A stretch of DNA of 64,000 bases from Alphaproteobacteria bacterium (GCA_014237925.1 JABACB010000001.1:101459-165458), one strand, 5' to 3'. Counted from the first letter of the stretch, positions 39,295 through 50,275 are shown. Made by a program: numbers and translations. The notes: a model not told the origin generated them from the letters alone.

Positions 39295-40425
39295 GTGATG
39301 GCGAACGGCAACGGTTTGAGCGTTGATGCTGCCTCAGCTCTTTCGCCGCGTTTGGCACCACGTTTGGCACTGGATGCCATGGGCGGCGACAAGGCGCCGG
39401 GGATGGTGGTAGACGGCGCACGCCGCGCCGCCGAGCGCAACCCCGACAGTCGCTTTCTCTTCTTCGGCAGAAAGGAGCAACTGGACCCCTTGCTCAAGGC
39501 GTCGCCCTTCCTCTGCGAACGCAGCGAAGTTCGGCACACGGAAGATGTCATCAAGTCCGACCTCCCCCCTGCCCAAGCGTTGCGCCACGGAAGAGAATCG
39601 AGCTTGGGGCGCGCCATCCGCGCCGTCGCCGATGGCGAAGCCGATTGTATCGTCTCGGCAGGAAACACGGGCGCGCTCATGGCGCTCGCCAAGTTCCGCT
39701 TGCGCATGCTGACGGGCATCCTGCGCCCTGCCATCTGTTGCTATTTCATCAATCGCAACGCAGAGACCGTGTTGCTCGACTCAGGCGCCAATGTCGATTC
39801 CAGCACAGAAATGCTCGTACAATTCGCGCTGATGGGCGACGCCTTCGCTCGCACAGGGCTCGGCGTTGCCAATCCGCGCGTAGGGCTGCTGAATATCGGC
39901 GCTGAGGCTATCAAGGGACGTTTGGAGGTTCGACAAGCCGCCAAGTTCTTCGAAGAAAATTCCGAACTGCTCTCCTACTGCGGCTTCGTCGAAGGCGACG
40001 ACCTCCTGTCGGGAAGAGTCGATGTCGTCGTCGCCGACGGTTTCAGCGGCAACATCGCGCTCAAGGCCATGGAGGGCACTGCCAATGCCATGCTGCTCTT
40101 CTTGCAAGAAATGTTTCGCTCCTCCCTGTTTGCAAGACTCGGATACCTCTTCGCCCGTAGCGCTCTGCGCCGCTTGCAAAGGCGCGTCGATCCCCGAAAC
40201 TACAACGGTGCCGTCTTGCTGGGGCTCGACGGGCTCGTCATCAAGAGCCACGGTGGAACCGACGCGCTCGGCTTTGCAAACGCAGCCTCGCTCGGCATCA
40301 ATGTCGTCAGAAGAGGATTCATGGCGCGCATCAAGGAGCAACTGCGACAAACCCAACGACAAAAGCAAAACGACCGCCGCTCTGCATCCTCGACTTCTCA
40401 AGCCGCGCCGCACAATGCGCCTTGA
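39295..40425 (+). CDS. plsX: Phosphate acyltransferase PlsX
   Basis: LALDAMGGDKAP, VSAGNTGALMA, GLLNIGAE, DVVVADGFSGNIALK, and LLGLDGLVIKSHG. Confidence 0.92.
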   Translation: MMANGNGLSVDAASALSPRLAPRLALDAMGGDKAPGMVVDGARRAAERNPDSRFLFFGRKEQLDPLLKASPFLCERSEVRHTEDVIKSDLPPAQALRHGRESSLGRAIRAVADGEADCIVSAGNTGALMALAKFRLRMLTGILRPAICCYFINRNAETVLLDSGANVDSSTEMLVQFALMGDAFARTGLGVANPRVGLLNIGAEAIKGRLEVRQAAKFFEENSELLSYCGFVEGDDLLSGRVDVVVADGFSGNIALKAMEGTANAMLLFLQEMFRSSLFARLGYLFARSALRRLQRRVDPRNYNGAVLLGLDGLVIKSHGGTDALGFANAASLGINVVRRGFMARIKEQLRQTQRQKQNDRRSASSTSQAAPHNAP

Positions 40426-40458
40426 CAACACGGCGAAGCACTGGCTGCGACGCGCGTC

Positions 40459-41490
40459 GTGAACGAACAGCCTCGTGCCACTTCTGTCGTGGTCGCCGGT
40501 GTCGGTGCCTACCTGCCGCAACGCATCTTGACGAACAAAGAGCTCGCGCAAGACTTGGAGACCGACGACGCGTGGATCCGTACGCGCACAGGAATTCGAC
40601 AGCGACACATCGCAGACCCAGAAGAGAGCACTTCCGATTTGGCGCTCAAAGCCTCAGAGAGGGCTTTGACTGCTGCACGATGCAGCGCGCAGCAGATCGA
40701 TGCAATCGTCTTGGCGACGACGACGCCCGAAAACACTTTCCCCGCAACCGCCGCGCGGCTCCAACAGAAGCTGGGCGTGGGCAAACCCGTTCCCGCATAC
40801 GATGTACAGGCGGTCTGCGCAGGCTTCGTCTTTGCGCTGCATAGCGCGTGGAACATGATACGGCTGCAACAGGCGCGGCGTGTGCTGGTCGTAGGGGCGG
40901 AGATCTACTCGCGCAGCATCATCGACTGGACAGACCGCAGCACTTGCGTCCTGTTCGGAGACGGCGCAGGAGCCTTCGTCTTGGAGGCGCAAGAAAAAAC
41001 AAAAGAAAAGACGCAAGAAAAGACGCAAGAAAAGACGACGAGCGCAACGCAACGCGGAATCCTCGATATCATGCTGGCGACCGACGGCGGATTCTACGAG
41101 CAGCTCTATGTCGACGGCGGAGCGGGTTCGAGCGACAGAGTCGGACATTTGAAAATGCAGGGCAATGTCGTCTTCCGAGAGGCGATCGACAAGATGTCGC
41201 AAAGCGTCGCACTGCTGCTCGCGCGCAACGGCTTGAGCGTGCAAGACATCGCCTGGCTGGTGCCGCATCAGGCGAACAGTCGCATCATGAGCGGGGTTGC
41301 ACGCAAGCTGGGAATCGAGGAGGCGCGCGTCGTCTCGACGGTCGAAGACCATGGAAACATCTCTGCTGCAACAATTCCCGCAGCGCTCGATCACGCCTGC
41401 AAGCAAGGAAGCGTCAAAAAGGGAGACCTGGTCGCTCTCACCGCCATGGGCGGAGGATTCGCATGGGGCGGCGCATTGATCAGGTGGTAG
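40459..41490 (+). CDS. fabH: 3-oxoacyl-ACP synthase III (FabH) with a QEKT-repeat insertion
   Basis: GVGAYLPQRILTNKEL, the active-site AVCAGFVFAL, VPHQANSRI, and GNISAATIP. The insertion at 40990-41043 comes from a 12-nt array. Confidence 0.94.
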   Translation: MNEQPRATSVVVAGVGAYLPQRILTNKELAQDLETDDAWIRTRTGIRQRHIADPEESTSDLALKASERALTAARCSAQQIDAIVLATTTPENTFPATAARLQQKLGVGKPVPAYDVQAVCAGFVFALHSAWNMIRLQQARRVLVVGAEIYSRSIIDWTDRSTCVLFGDGAGAFVLEAQEKTKEKTQEKTQEKTTSATQRGILDIMLATDGGFYEQLYVDGGAGSSDRVGHLKMQGNVVFREAIDKMSQSVALLLARNGLSVQDIAWLVPHQANSRIMSGVARKLGIEEARVVSTVEDHGNISAATIPAALDHACKQGSVKKGDLVALTAMGGGFAWGGALIRW

Positions 41491-41607
41491 AGAGCGTAGA
41501 AAAAAGGGGAAAACTTCCGACAGCAACGCCTCTCAAGCCTTTCGCGCTGGAAGAAAGACCGACAATCCTGTAGAATCAACGCTCGCGGCAGACGAGGAGA
41601 CGACCCC

Positions 41608-42300
41608 ATGCGCTTCAACATTTCAACTCCAAAGAAGAAGGCACTCGTAAGGACGGGGCTGGGGGGGGTGGTGCTCCTGATGCTGATCGCGGGAGTAGGC
41701 TTCGTCGCCTTCGGAGGCACAAACGAGCAAGCGCCAGGGCAAGCTTCAGGGCAAGCTTTAGGGCAAGCTTCAGGGCAAACCGCGACGCAAAGCTCAAAGC
41801 AAAACTCAAGGGTTGTCGTCGAAGAATACTTGTCGCTCACATGCCCGCATTGCGTAGTCTTTCACCGAGAGATCTATCCGAAATTGGCGGAGGGATCGTT
41901 GCAACACGAGCGTGTCGACTTCGTCTATCGTGACTTTCCCTTGGACCGCTTGGCGTTGCAAGCAGCGGTGTTGGCGCGTTGCGGCGGCGAAACGCTACGC
42001 GACAAACTCATTGGCGCGATGCTGGAAAGGCAGCACAAGTGGATGAGAAGCGAGCAGCCGCAGGAGGGGTTGTTTGCTGTCGTCGCGTTGGTCGGAATCG
42101 ATCGTGCGCGTGCGCAGGCTTGTCTCGAAGACGAGGCTTTGGAACGCGCCGTCCTCGAAGAGCAGCTGGCGGGACAAAAACGCTACAAAATTTCTTCGAC
42201 GCCTTCGATCGTCGTTGCGGGCAAAAATCTGTCGGGAGCGTTGAATCAGAAAAACATCGAACGTGCCATCGAAAAGAGCTTGAACGCAGAGGGCTTGTAG
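41608..42300 (+). CDS. DsbA-family thiol:disulfide oxidoreductase
   Basis: Signal/TM anchor, a thioredoxin-fold CPHC active site (LSLTCPHCVVFH), and the cis-Pro region SSTPSIVV. Has a GQAS x3 linker repeat. Confidence 0.8.
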   Translation: MRFNISTPKKKALVRTGLGGVVLLMLIAGVGFVAFGGTNEQAPGQASGQALGQASGQTATQSSKQNSRVVVEEYLSLTCPHCVVFHREIYPKLAEGSLQHERVDFVYRDFPLDRLALQAAVLARCGGETLRDKLIGAMLERQHKWMRSEQPQEGLFAVVALVGIDRARAQACLEDEALERAVLEEQLAGQKRYKISSTPSIVVAGKNLSGALNQKNIERAIEKSLNAEGL

Positions 42301-42326
42301 TGCCGCGCGTTCGGCTCGTCAAAACC

Positions 42327-42434
42327 TGGAAACAAGCAGAAGCCTGGAGGCAGGCGGAAGCCTGGAAGCAGGCGGAAGCCTGGAAGCAGGCGGAAGCCTG
42401 GAGGCAGGCGGAAGCCTGGAGGCAGGCGGAAGCG
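42327..42434. repeat. 18-nt x6 intergenic array (gcaggcggaagcctggag) ending at the smc ribosome-binding site
   Basis: Coordinates derived from the shadow ORF 41979-42467, which reads (WK/RQAEA)x6. The last, degenerate unit supplies GGAGG just upstream of the smc start. Confidence 0.9.
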
Positions 42435-42439
42435 GAGGT

Positions 42440-45400
42440 TTGGGGATCGTGTATCCTGTCTCCTTGAAACTGTCGGGGTTCAAGTCCTTTGCCGAGCCTA
42501 CGGAGATCGCCTTCACGCAAGGCATAAGCGCCATCGTCGGACCGAACGGCTGCGGCAAGTCGAATATCGTCGAAGCCTTGCGATGGGTCATGGGCGAAAG
42601 CTCGGCGCGCCAGCTGCGCGGTGCCGAGATGGACGAGATGATCTTCAGCGGAAGCAGCGAGCGTCCTCCTTTCTCGCGCGCAGAGGTGACCTTGACGATC
42701 GAAAATCCGAACCCAAATTCAAGCTCAAGTTCAAGCTCAAGCTCAAGTTCAAGTTCAAGTTCAACTCCGACGGCGGAAGCGGTATCGAACAGCAATCCCA
42801 ACAGCAGTTCCAATAGCAATCCCAACAGCGGTTCTTTGGCGCGCTTGCAGCGCGAGCGCACCATCGCCTTCTCGCGACGCATCGAGACGGGCGGCGGCTC
42901 GACCTACCGCATCAACGGCAAGGAAGTCCTAGCGCGCGAGGTGCAGACGCTGTGCGCCGATATCGGACTGGGGGCGAACGCCTCGGCGATCATCGCTCAA
43001 GGAAGGGTCGCGGCACTGGTCGAAGCGAAGCCCGCCGAACGCCGTCAGTTGATCGAAGAGGCGGCAGGCGTACGAGGAATGTACGCGCGGCGCAGCGAAG
43101 CGCTGGCTTCCATGGACAACACGCAGACGATCTTGGCGCGGGTCGAAGACCGCTTGCAAGAGATCGCCAAACGTCTGCAAACCTTGAGCGCCGACGAGGC
43201 ACGCGCCGAGCGCTATCGAACCTTCTCGCAACAGATCAAACGCTGGCAAGCCGCCGACTTGGCGCGCGAAGAAGAAGCCCTGGAGAAAACGGCACGATCG
43301 CTCGAAAGCCTGCAGAAAACGCACGAGCAGCAGAGCCTACAAGGGCGTGCTGCGCTTGCCAAGATCGAGGCAGAGATGCTGGAGGGACAAGAGCAGCAGA
43401 GCGCAGCAGAAAAGTGCGAGATGGAAAGTGCCGCGCGATGCCAAAGACTCGCTCAGGATATGGTGCTCTTGGAACGATCGCAGCGAGAAAACGAGCAGCG
43501 CAAAAAAGATTTGAAACAGCGACAGCGCGACCAGTCGCGCGTGCGCGACGAACAGCAGCGCGCCCTCGAAGAGATCGAAGGGCTGTGGCACGAGGCGCAA
43601 CAACAATTGCAGAAAGAGGGGATGAGCGAGGCGGAGAAAAATCGCCCGCAAGAAAAAAACGACCCTGACTCCTCGCGCACGCGGAAGAAAGGCTTGAGCA
43701 AAATCACCCAGGAGCTTGTCGTCATCGAGCGGCGGCTGAAACAGCTCGCATCCGCGTTAAGCGACTTCGACAGGCGGGGCGCCATCTTCTCGGAACGCCT
43801 TGCCGCGTCGCGCTCGCAGAAGCAGCAGCTGGAGAAAGAACTCGCAAAACTTACCGAAAAAATTGGCAAAAAAACACGGACGCAGGAATCTGAAAATGCA
43901 TCCGAAAACGCATCCGAAGATGCATCCGAAGGCGCATCCGAAAATGCATTCGAAGACAGCGCACACCCAGACCCAATCGAAGACTTGCAATCTCTCACAG
44001 AAGAGGTGCGACAAGCCGAGGCGCACGCGCAAGAGACGCAGAGCAAAACGCTGCCGCGCCTGCGCAGCGAAGAAGAGGCATTGTCGCAAGAGCGCGAGCA
44101 GCTGGAGGCACGCCATCGCGCGCATCACCTTGCGCTCATGGCACAACGCGACAGAAACCGCGACCTGTACCGTGAGGCATCCTCGTCCTTTGCCCAAACA
44201 GATACCCAAACAGATACCCAGACAGATTCGGAGACGAAGACGGATACAGAAGGCAGCCCCCTCGTCGCAGATTTGAACATTCCCGAAGGGCTCGAACTCG
44301 CTCTGTTCGGCGCGCTCGGCGAAGACCTGTTCGCAAGCTTGGAAGAACAAGCGGAAGAAAAGCAGATAGAAAACAAGCAGCAGAAAGTCGTCAAACTTTG
44401 GCGCGCGTGGAAAAACCTTCCGCCTCCCGAAGCCCCCCCCCCCGCCTTGCCTGCGGGTGTCGTCAGTCTGGAAGAGCTTTTTGTGGGAACAAGCCTTGTT
44501 CCTGCGCCGCTGCGGGAACGTTTGGCGTGCATCGGGCTTGTTGGATCGACGCGCGAAGGGGAGGTCTTGCAGAAGGCTCTGTCGCGCGGACAGCGTCTTG
44601 TCGCGCGCGACGGCTCGTGCTGGCGTTGGGACGGACTTGCCACTAGCGCCGAGCTGGCAGCGGCGTCGGAGCAACGCTTTCGTGCCTTTTTGCAAAAAGA
44701 GAAACGCAAGGAGGACTTGACGAAAAGCGAGGCGGACTTGGCGCAAGCCGTACGCAAGCACGAGGAGCAGGCAGCGAACACGGCAAGCAGGCTTGCGGAG
44801 ACGCGCGAGCGCATGCGCACGACATTGGACGAGCAGGCTCGGCAAGGGAAAGCCTTGCAGGAGCTGCGCCGATGCCTGCGTCGCGCAGAGGCGCGTGCGC
44901 AGGAGCAGGAGCGCTATCACGCGCACCAGCAGCAGCTTTCGTTCGGCTTGGAGGATGCACGCACAAAAGAACGCTCGGCAGAGCAGGGCTTGCAGGAGAT
45001 GTGTCAGCGCGAGCGTTTTGCAGACGAGCAGGCGCATCTGACCTCGAAGCGCGAGAGCCTGTTGGAGGAGCAGGGCAGGCTGCTTGCAGAACAGCAGCGC
45101 GAGCAAGCCTCGCAGGCACGCGCGCGCGACGAGCAACGAGCGCGCGTCTCGAACGAGCAACGTCTGCGTGCCTTGAAAGAACGGCATCACCAGATTTTGC
45201 AGCGCAGCGTCGAAAGCCTGCATGCGATCGAAAGCGAGGCGATCAGGATCGAAGAGCCTCCGTTGCAAGAACAGAAGACGCTGTCCGAACAACGCACGCT
45301 CCACCGCCGTGCCGAAGGCTTGCTTCGAGAGCGAAAGAATGACTCGGAGATTGCAAGCGGTAAGGTCGCGCGGCTACGCGAGCAGCATCGGTTGTGCTGC

Positions 45401-46252
45401 GTGAAAAACGCAGAGGCGGAAAAGGAGGCGGTGCGCTTGATGACACAAGCCGAGCCCTTGCCGCTCGCACGCCAAAGGCTGGCGCTTCGTGCGCAGGAAG
45501 AGATGGATTGTTCGCTGTCCGAGCTGCGGCAACGCTACGATATCGATGCCTCCTTCCTCTCCGAGAGCGTTGAGGTGCAGAAAGCCGCGCGACGCTCCAC
45601 CCAAGACAAACGCGCGCGCTTGGGCGCAATCAACTTCACGGCGAAGCAGGCGTTGAAAAGCCTAGGCGAAGAGCACGAGCAGACCGAGCGGCAGCACGCC
45701 GATGTTGCAGAGGCTTTGGAGAAGCTGCGCCTGTCGGTGCGGAAGCTGGAGGAGGAGGCGTCTGGAAAATTGGTGCGCGTACAGCGGGAGGCAGAGCTAC
45801 GCTTCGCAGCGCTCATCGAACGACTCTTCGGCGGAGGTGAGGCGAAGCTCTTCTTTTCCGACCCCGAAGACCCCATCACATCGGGGCTGGAAATACAAAT
45901 AGCGCTGCCAGGAAAACGACTCAAATCCCTCAGCGTGCTTTCGGGCGGAGAGAAGTCCCTCATCGCCATCGCGCTCGTCTTGGCGGTCTTCTCCGTCGCA
46001 GGAGGAGGATTCTGCATCCTCGACGAGGTCGACGCCGCGCTCGACGACACCAATGTCGCGCGATTCTGCGACCTGATCGAAGACATCGCGCGACAACACG
46101 AAACGCGATTCCTCGTCATCACGCACCACCGCCACACCATGAGCCGCGCCTTGCAACTCTACGGCGTCGCCATGCCAGAGCCAGGGTGCAGCAAAATCGT
46201 CTCCGTCGCCTTGGAAGAGGCAGTCCAGCAGGCGCGACCCGCAGCAGAATGA
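42440..46252 (+). CDS. smc: Chromosome segregation protein SMC (alternative GTG start at 42449)
   Basis: LKLSGFKSFAEPTEI.F..GISAIVGPNGCGKSNIVEALRWVMGE, long coiled coils, a hinge, and the C-terminal LSGGEKSLIAIALVLAVF...FCILDEVDAALD. Several in-frame arrays are present (poly-S/NPNS ~42700-42835; ENAS ~43880-43950). Confidence 0.94.
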   Translation: MGIVYPVSLKLSGFKSFAEPTEIAFTQGISAIVGPNGCGKSNIVEALRWVMGESSARQLRGAEMDEMIFSGSSERPPFSRAEVTLTIENPNPNSSSSSSSSSSSSSSSTPTAEAVSNSNPNSSSNSNPNSGSLARLQRERTIAFSRRIETGGGSTYRINGKEVLAREVQTLCADIGLGANASAIIAQGRVAALVEAKPAERRQLIEEAAGVRGMYARRSEALASMDNTQTILARVEDRLQEIAKRLQTLSADEARAERYRTFSQQIKRWQAADLAREEEALEKTARSLESLQKTHEQQSLQGRAALAKIEAEMLEGQEQQSAAEKCEMESAARCQRLAQDMVLLERSQRENEQRKKDLKQRQRDQSRVRDEQQRALEEIEGLWHEAQQQLQKEGMSEAEKNRPQEKNDPDSSRTRKKGLSKITQELVVIERRLKQLASALSDFDRRGAIFSERLAASRSQKQQLEKELAKLTEKIGKKTRTQESENASENASEDASEGASENAFEDSAHPDPIEDLQSLTEEVRQAEAHAQETQSKTLPRLRSEEEALSQEREQLEARHRAHHLALMAQRDRNRDLYREASSSFAQTDTQTDTQTDSETKTDTEGSPLVADLNIPEGLELALFGALGEDLFASLEEQAEEKQIENKQQKVVKLWRAWKNLPPPEAPPPALPAGVVSLEELFVGTSLVPAPLRERLACIGLVGSTREGEVLQKALSRGQRLVARDGSCWRWDGLATSAELAAASEQRFRAFLQKEKRKEDLTKSEADLAQAVRKHEEQAANTASRLAETRERMRTTLDEQARQGKALQELRRCLRRAEARAQEQERYHAHQQQLSFGLEDARTKERSAEQGLQEMCQRERFADEQAHLTSKRESLLEEQGRLLAEQQREQASQARARDEQRARVSNEQRLRALKERHHQILQRSVESLHAIESEAIRIEEPPLQEQKTLSEQRTLHRRAEGLLRERKNDSEIASGKVARLREQHRLCCVKNAEAEKEAVRLMTQAEPLPLARQRLALRAQEEMDCSLSELRQRYDIDASFLSESVEVQKAARRSTQDKRARLGAINFTAKQALKSLGEEHEQTERQHADVAEALEKLRLSVRKLEEEASGKLVRVQREAELRFAALIERLFGGGEAKLFFSDPEDPITSGLEIQIALPGKRLKSLSVLSGGEKSLIAIALVLAVFSVAGGGFCILDEVDAALDDTNVARFCDLIEDIARQHETRFLVITHHRHTMSRALQLYGVAMPEPGCSKIVSVALEEAVQQARPAAE

Positions 46253-46336
46253 CAACAGCGAACAGCAATATTGTGCTAGACTGCAAAATATGCAGAACAT
46301 AGTACGAGAAGGAGGCAGCGCAAGCGTGGACTCGCG

Positions 46337-49024
46337 ATGGAAAAAATCCTGAAACCCTTGACAGCCACCCTGACAGCCATAGCGTCGTTTTGCAAAAAGA
46401 CGCTCGTCTTTCCCTTTGCGGTTCTCCGTGGGAGCGGCGTAGCGAGAGAGGATGCAAGACAAAAGGATGCAAGACAAAAGGATGCAAGACAAAAGGATGC
46501 AAGACAAGGGGATGCGAGACAAATCGTCGCCGTCGAACACAGACCGAGACAACAAACAAGCGTACAACTCCACCAAAGCACGCGGCAACATACGCGACAA
46601 GCCGCGCCGCAAGACGCTTCGTCAGGATGGCGCAAAGCCTACAAGGTTTTGCGCACGCCGTGGATCATCGGCAGCCTGCTGGTGATAGGGATCGTGATCT
46701 TTTGCGTCGTCGGCGGCTTGCAGTTCTTCCGACAATTCGCGCAAGAGAGCAGCACGCGAACACAGCGAATTTTAGGCAAGGAAGAGGACAGGCAATTCCG
46801 TATGTTGGTAGAACTCTCCGAAAGGCAAGTCGCATCCAATCTCGACAATTGGGGAGCAAATTTGCGCGCGCTGGCGACAGCACCGCGTCTGCGCGCTTAT
46901 GTCGAGGCTCTGGCGAACGCAGAAAAACAAGCGCAAGGAGAGCAAGCGCAAGGAGAGCAAGCGCAAGGAGAGCAAGCGCAAGAGATTGCTACCGACCTGT
47001 TGTCGTCTGAAGAGGCGGCAAAAGAGTTCTTGCGCGCAAACTTCCTCCAAGAGATGTTGATCGTGAATGTCGAGGGCAAGGTGGTCTTCGTCGCCAGCGG
47101 CAACGAGGCGCTTGTGGGGGTCGACTTTCGAGAAGGTGGCGAGGACAGCGAAGGAGACGAGAGTAGCCAGGGCAACGAGAGTAGCGAGGGCAACGAGGGC
47201 AACGAGGGCAACGAAGTAGACGGGGGTAGCGAGGCGGAGGAAGCAGTTTCCTTCGAGAGCGAACCCTCCCTGTCCTTGCGCCAAGTGGTCGGCGACGCGA
47301 CGGGCGACCTGTTGGAAGGTCTCTATCGCCGCGCCGTCCTGTTTGCCGTCGAGCAAGGCTCGCCGCTCTTGCCGGGCGAAGCGGCGGCTAAGATCGACAG
47401 CGGCACGCAACTCTTCTTTGCAAGCCATACGCGCTCCTCCACCACTATCGAACCTGATACACCCTTTGCCTTCTACGCGCTACCGATGCTGAGCGCCGAG
47501 CGTACCTTGACGGGAACCTTGTTGTTGTTTCAGTCGCGCGAGCAGATGTTCGAAAAACTCCTGTTGCGTTCGGGCTATGTCGGCGAGTTGCATCGCAAGC
47601 AGCTGTTTTTCATCGATCCCAGAGGCACGATACAGCTCTTGGGCGAAGGGAAAAAATTCACCGAAATTCGCGCATGGCTGCGGCAAGCCTTCGTCCGCTC
47701 CCAGTCCTTGGGCGCAACGGCGATCGAAGGCGAGCAGGGTAGCGAGCAACACAGGTTCATCTACTTCCGCTCGTTCAACCTGCTCGACGAACAATGGATA
47801 CTCGTCGTCGCCGAAGCAGAGCATATCTCGGTCGGCAAGGGGGAAGCGCAAGCTGAGCCCGCCGCGCCGCCGGACCTGCCGCCGCAGGCAACCTTTCTGT
47901 CGCGCTTGGCGATCGCTGTCGTGCTTGCCTTCTCGCTGTTGTGCCTGTTTGCAGGGCAGCTGCTGGTCACCAAGCAGGACGGGAGACGACGCGGCTTCGG
48001 ACTCTTGCTCGCAAGCCTCATCCCCTTTCAGCGCGGAGAGCGCAACCTGCCCTACCTGGAGCGCGACGACCACTTGGGCGAGTATGCTCGAATGCTGAAG
48101 GGGTTGGTCGAACGCGCGCGCGGCGCGCGCGGCTTGAGCGAGGCACGCAGCGACACAAGGCGCATGGACGAAGAGAGAAGTCGCAGACTGGAAGGACTGG
48201 TCATCGACTTCCAAGAGAAAGTGCAAGGCGCGACAGGAGGGCTGGCGGGCGCGACAGGAAACCTGGTGCAGACATCCGACGAGATGCGACGACAAGCAGG
48301 ACAGGCGCGCGAGGCAACGCAAGAGATGCTGCCGCGCGTCGCCAACACCACTCAGCGCGTGCGCGGTGCGGCAGAAGAGATCGCGCGGCTCACGCAAGCG
48401 CTCGATACGATCAACCGTCGTGCGCAGGAATCGACGCTCGTCATTCGCCAAAGCGTCACCAGTACCGAGAAAGCCGACCGCTCCGCCAAACTTCTCGCTT
48501 CCGCATCCGATTCGATCGGCTCGGTCGTACAGCTCATTCAGGATATCGCAGGGCAGGTCAACCTTCTCTCGCTCAACGCCACCATCGAATCGGCGCGTGC
48601 AGGCGAGGCGGGGAAGGGATTTGCCGTCGTCGCCGCAGAGGTCAAAAATCTCGCCGATCAGACGACGAAAGCGACAGAGCGAATCTCAGGGTTGATCGAA
48701 AACCTGCAGACAAGCTCTGCCGAGGTGTTGCAGGTGTTGGACGAGATCCGTACGACGGTACGCAACGCCGAGACCGTCGTCGCAGGAATCTCCGAGACCA
48801 TGCAGCAGCAGCGCCAAACGGGCGAGGCGGTGGCAAGGAGCATGCTGGAGGCGGCGAACAATGTGGCGACGATCCAAACCAGCTTCACCACCGTCGATAC
48901 GGCATCGGCGGGCGCGGACAAGTCCGCCATAGAGCTCTCTCAGAGCGTCGACCACTTGCGATCGCAAGCGAGCGCGTTGGAACAGCACATCCGAGTCTTC
49001 ATGGGCGATATCCAAAAGGCTTGA
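46337..49024 (+). CDS. Methyl-accepting chemotaxis protein with a large periplasmic sensor domain (start uncertain)
   Basis: TM1 ([17 protein letters not shown]), a ~390-aa periplasmic region, TM2, HAMP, and the highly conserved signalling hairpin ([40 protein letters not shown]). Confidence 0.88.
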   Translation: MEKILKPLTATLTAIASFCKKTLVFPFAVLRGSGVAREDARQKDARQKDARQKDARQGDARQIVAVEHRPRQQTSVQLHQSTRQHTRQAAPQDASSGWRKAYKVLRTPWIIGSLLVIGIVIFCVVGGLQFFRQFAQESSTRTQRILGKEEDRQFRMLVELSERQVASNLDNWGANLRALATAPRLRAYVEALANAEKQAQGEQAQGEQAQGEQAQEIATDLLSSEEAAKEFLRANFLQEMLIVNVEGKVVFVASGNEALVGVDFREGGEDSEGDESSQGNESSEGNEGNEGNEVDGGSEAEEAVSFESEPSLSLRQVVGDATGDLLEGLYRRAVLFAVEQGSPLLPGEAAAKIDSGTQLFFASHTRSSTTIEPDTPFAFYALPMLSAERTLTGTLLLFQSREQMFEKLLLRSGYVGELHRKQLFFIDPRGTIQLLGEGKKFTEIRAWLRQAFVRSQSLGATAIEGEQGSEQHRFIYFRSFNLLDEQWILVVAEAEHISVGKGEAQAEPAAPPDLPPQATFLSRLAIAVVLAFSLLCLFAGQLLVTKQDGRRRGFGLLLASLIPFQRGERNLPYLERDDHLGEYARMLKGLVERARGARGLSEARSDTRRMDEERSRRLEGLVIDFQEKVQGATGGLAGATGNLVQTSDEMRRQAGQAREATQEMLPRVANTTQRVRGAAEEIARLTQALDTINRRAQESTLVIRQSVTSTEKADRSAKLLASASDSIGSVVQLIQDIAGQVNLLSLNATIESARAGEAGKGFAVVAAEVKNLADQTTKATERISGLIENLQTSSAEVLQVLDEIRTTVRNAETVVAGISETMQQQRQTGEAVARSMLEAANNVATIQTSFTTVDTASAGADKSAIELSQSVDHLRSQASALEQHIRVFMGDIQKA
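46448..46522. repeat. 15-nt x5 array (ggatgcaagacaaaa; encodes DARQK) in the MCP 5' region
   Basis: Coordinates taken from the protein (aa 38-62). A second 15-nt array (QAQGE x4) lies at ~46925-46985. Confidence 0.9.
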
Positions 49025-49183
49025 GCAAGCAAAAGTCTCGCGCAAGTGCGTGTCAGCGAAAAGGCACAAGCGCCCCGCGTAAGCGCGTGCTAGCGAAAAG
49101 GCACAAGCGCGAGCTGCAACAGATGTTCGTTACAACAACAGATGTTCGTCACGAAAGGCGTTCGTTTTTTCACTTCTCTTTTT

Positions 49184-50275
49184 TCACTTCTTTTGCTTGA
49201 ACTCGAGAGCTGCGAAGCACTCGGCAGCCAGCTCTGCGGGTAGAAGCCCGTCGTTTTCCAAAGCGTTCTCTGCGTTTCCCAACCCGTCGAGGATCTCGCA
49301 GAACGCCTTCCGCCGCACCGCGCTGCGAAGCGCGTCGTCGACAGATTCTTCCGCAAAGGCGCGCAAGAAGAGGTTTTTTCGCTGCAAACAACGGCGTTCT
49401 TGCAAGGCTTGCGCAGAATGTTCGTTGAAGAAAGCGTCGATCTGAGCGCACAAAGCCTCTACTTGCACGCCGTCCTCCGCCGAGCAGACGAGGTATCGTG
49501 TCGTGCGCGCATCGTGCGCGGAGACAACGTTGCGATAGTCCTCAAGGGTTTTGTGCGCCTGCGCCGCAAGCGCGCCGCAGGCTTTGGTGACGACAAGAAT
49601 ATCGACAAGTTCCATAAGCCCCCGTTTCATGCCTTGCAAGCCGTCGCCGCTGCCGGGGGCAAGCAGTAGTAGCAGACAATCGACATAGTCGTCGATGGCG
49701 GTCTCGGCTTGTCCTGTGCCGACCGATTCGACAAGCAAGGTGTGATAGCCGCAAGTCTCGCACAGCAGCAGACTTTCCAGCAAACCCCTCGTCAGCGAAC
49801 GTTCCGCGCTTGCGGGCGAGGGGCGGATGAAAACTCGTTGCTCGGCGACGAGCGCTCCCATACGAGTCTTGTCGGCGAGCACCGCGCCGCCGCCTGCAAC
49901 CGCCGACGGATCGGAGGCGAGAACGGCAAGCGAGCCTTCCTGTCGTTGCAACAGATGTCGACAGAGTGCGGCGATCAGCGTCGACTTGCCCGCGCCAGGC
50001 GCGCCGGTGATACCGATGCGACGCGTCGACTGAGTTGCCGTTTGATCTGCCGTTTGAGTTGCCGTTTGGGTTGCCGTCGCACTTGTCCGCGCTCGGAGCG
50101 CGCGCAACAGCCTTCGCGCACGCGCGCGCAGATCCGCGCGTTGCGATTCACTCAGCGTGATCGCCTGCGCAAGCGCGCGCCTGGATCCTTGCAACAGCGC
50201 TTCGAACAGAGGATCGTCCAAAGGATCGGCGCTGGAAGCGTCGCGGGCTGCGAGGGGTTGCCTTTTGTTCTTCAT
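49184..50275 (-). CDS. meaB: MeaB/ArgK-family G3E GTPase (methylmalonyl-CoA mutase-associated type)
   Basis: IGITGAPGAGKSTLIAAL, ASDPSA..GGAVLADKTRM, FIRPSPA, VESVGTGQAE, and GDGLQGMKRGLMELVDILVVTKA. Confidence 0.82.
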   Translation of the reverse strand: MKNKRQPLAARDASSADPLDDPLFEALLQGSRRALAQAITLSESQRADLRARARRLLRALRARTSATATQTATQTADQTATQSTRRIGITGAPGAGKSTLIAALCRHLLQRQEGSLAVLASDPSAVAGGGAVLADKTRMGALVAEQRVFIRPSPASAERSLTRGLLESLLLCETCGYHTLLVESVGTGQAETAIDDYVDCLLLLLAPGSGDGLQGMKRGLMELVDILVVTKACGALAAQAHKTLEDYRNVVSAHDARTTRYLVCSAEDGVQVEALCAQIDAFFNEHSAQALQERRCLQRKNLFLRAFAEESVDDALRSAVRRKAFCEILDGLGNAENALENDGLLPAELAAECFAALEFKQKK

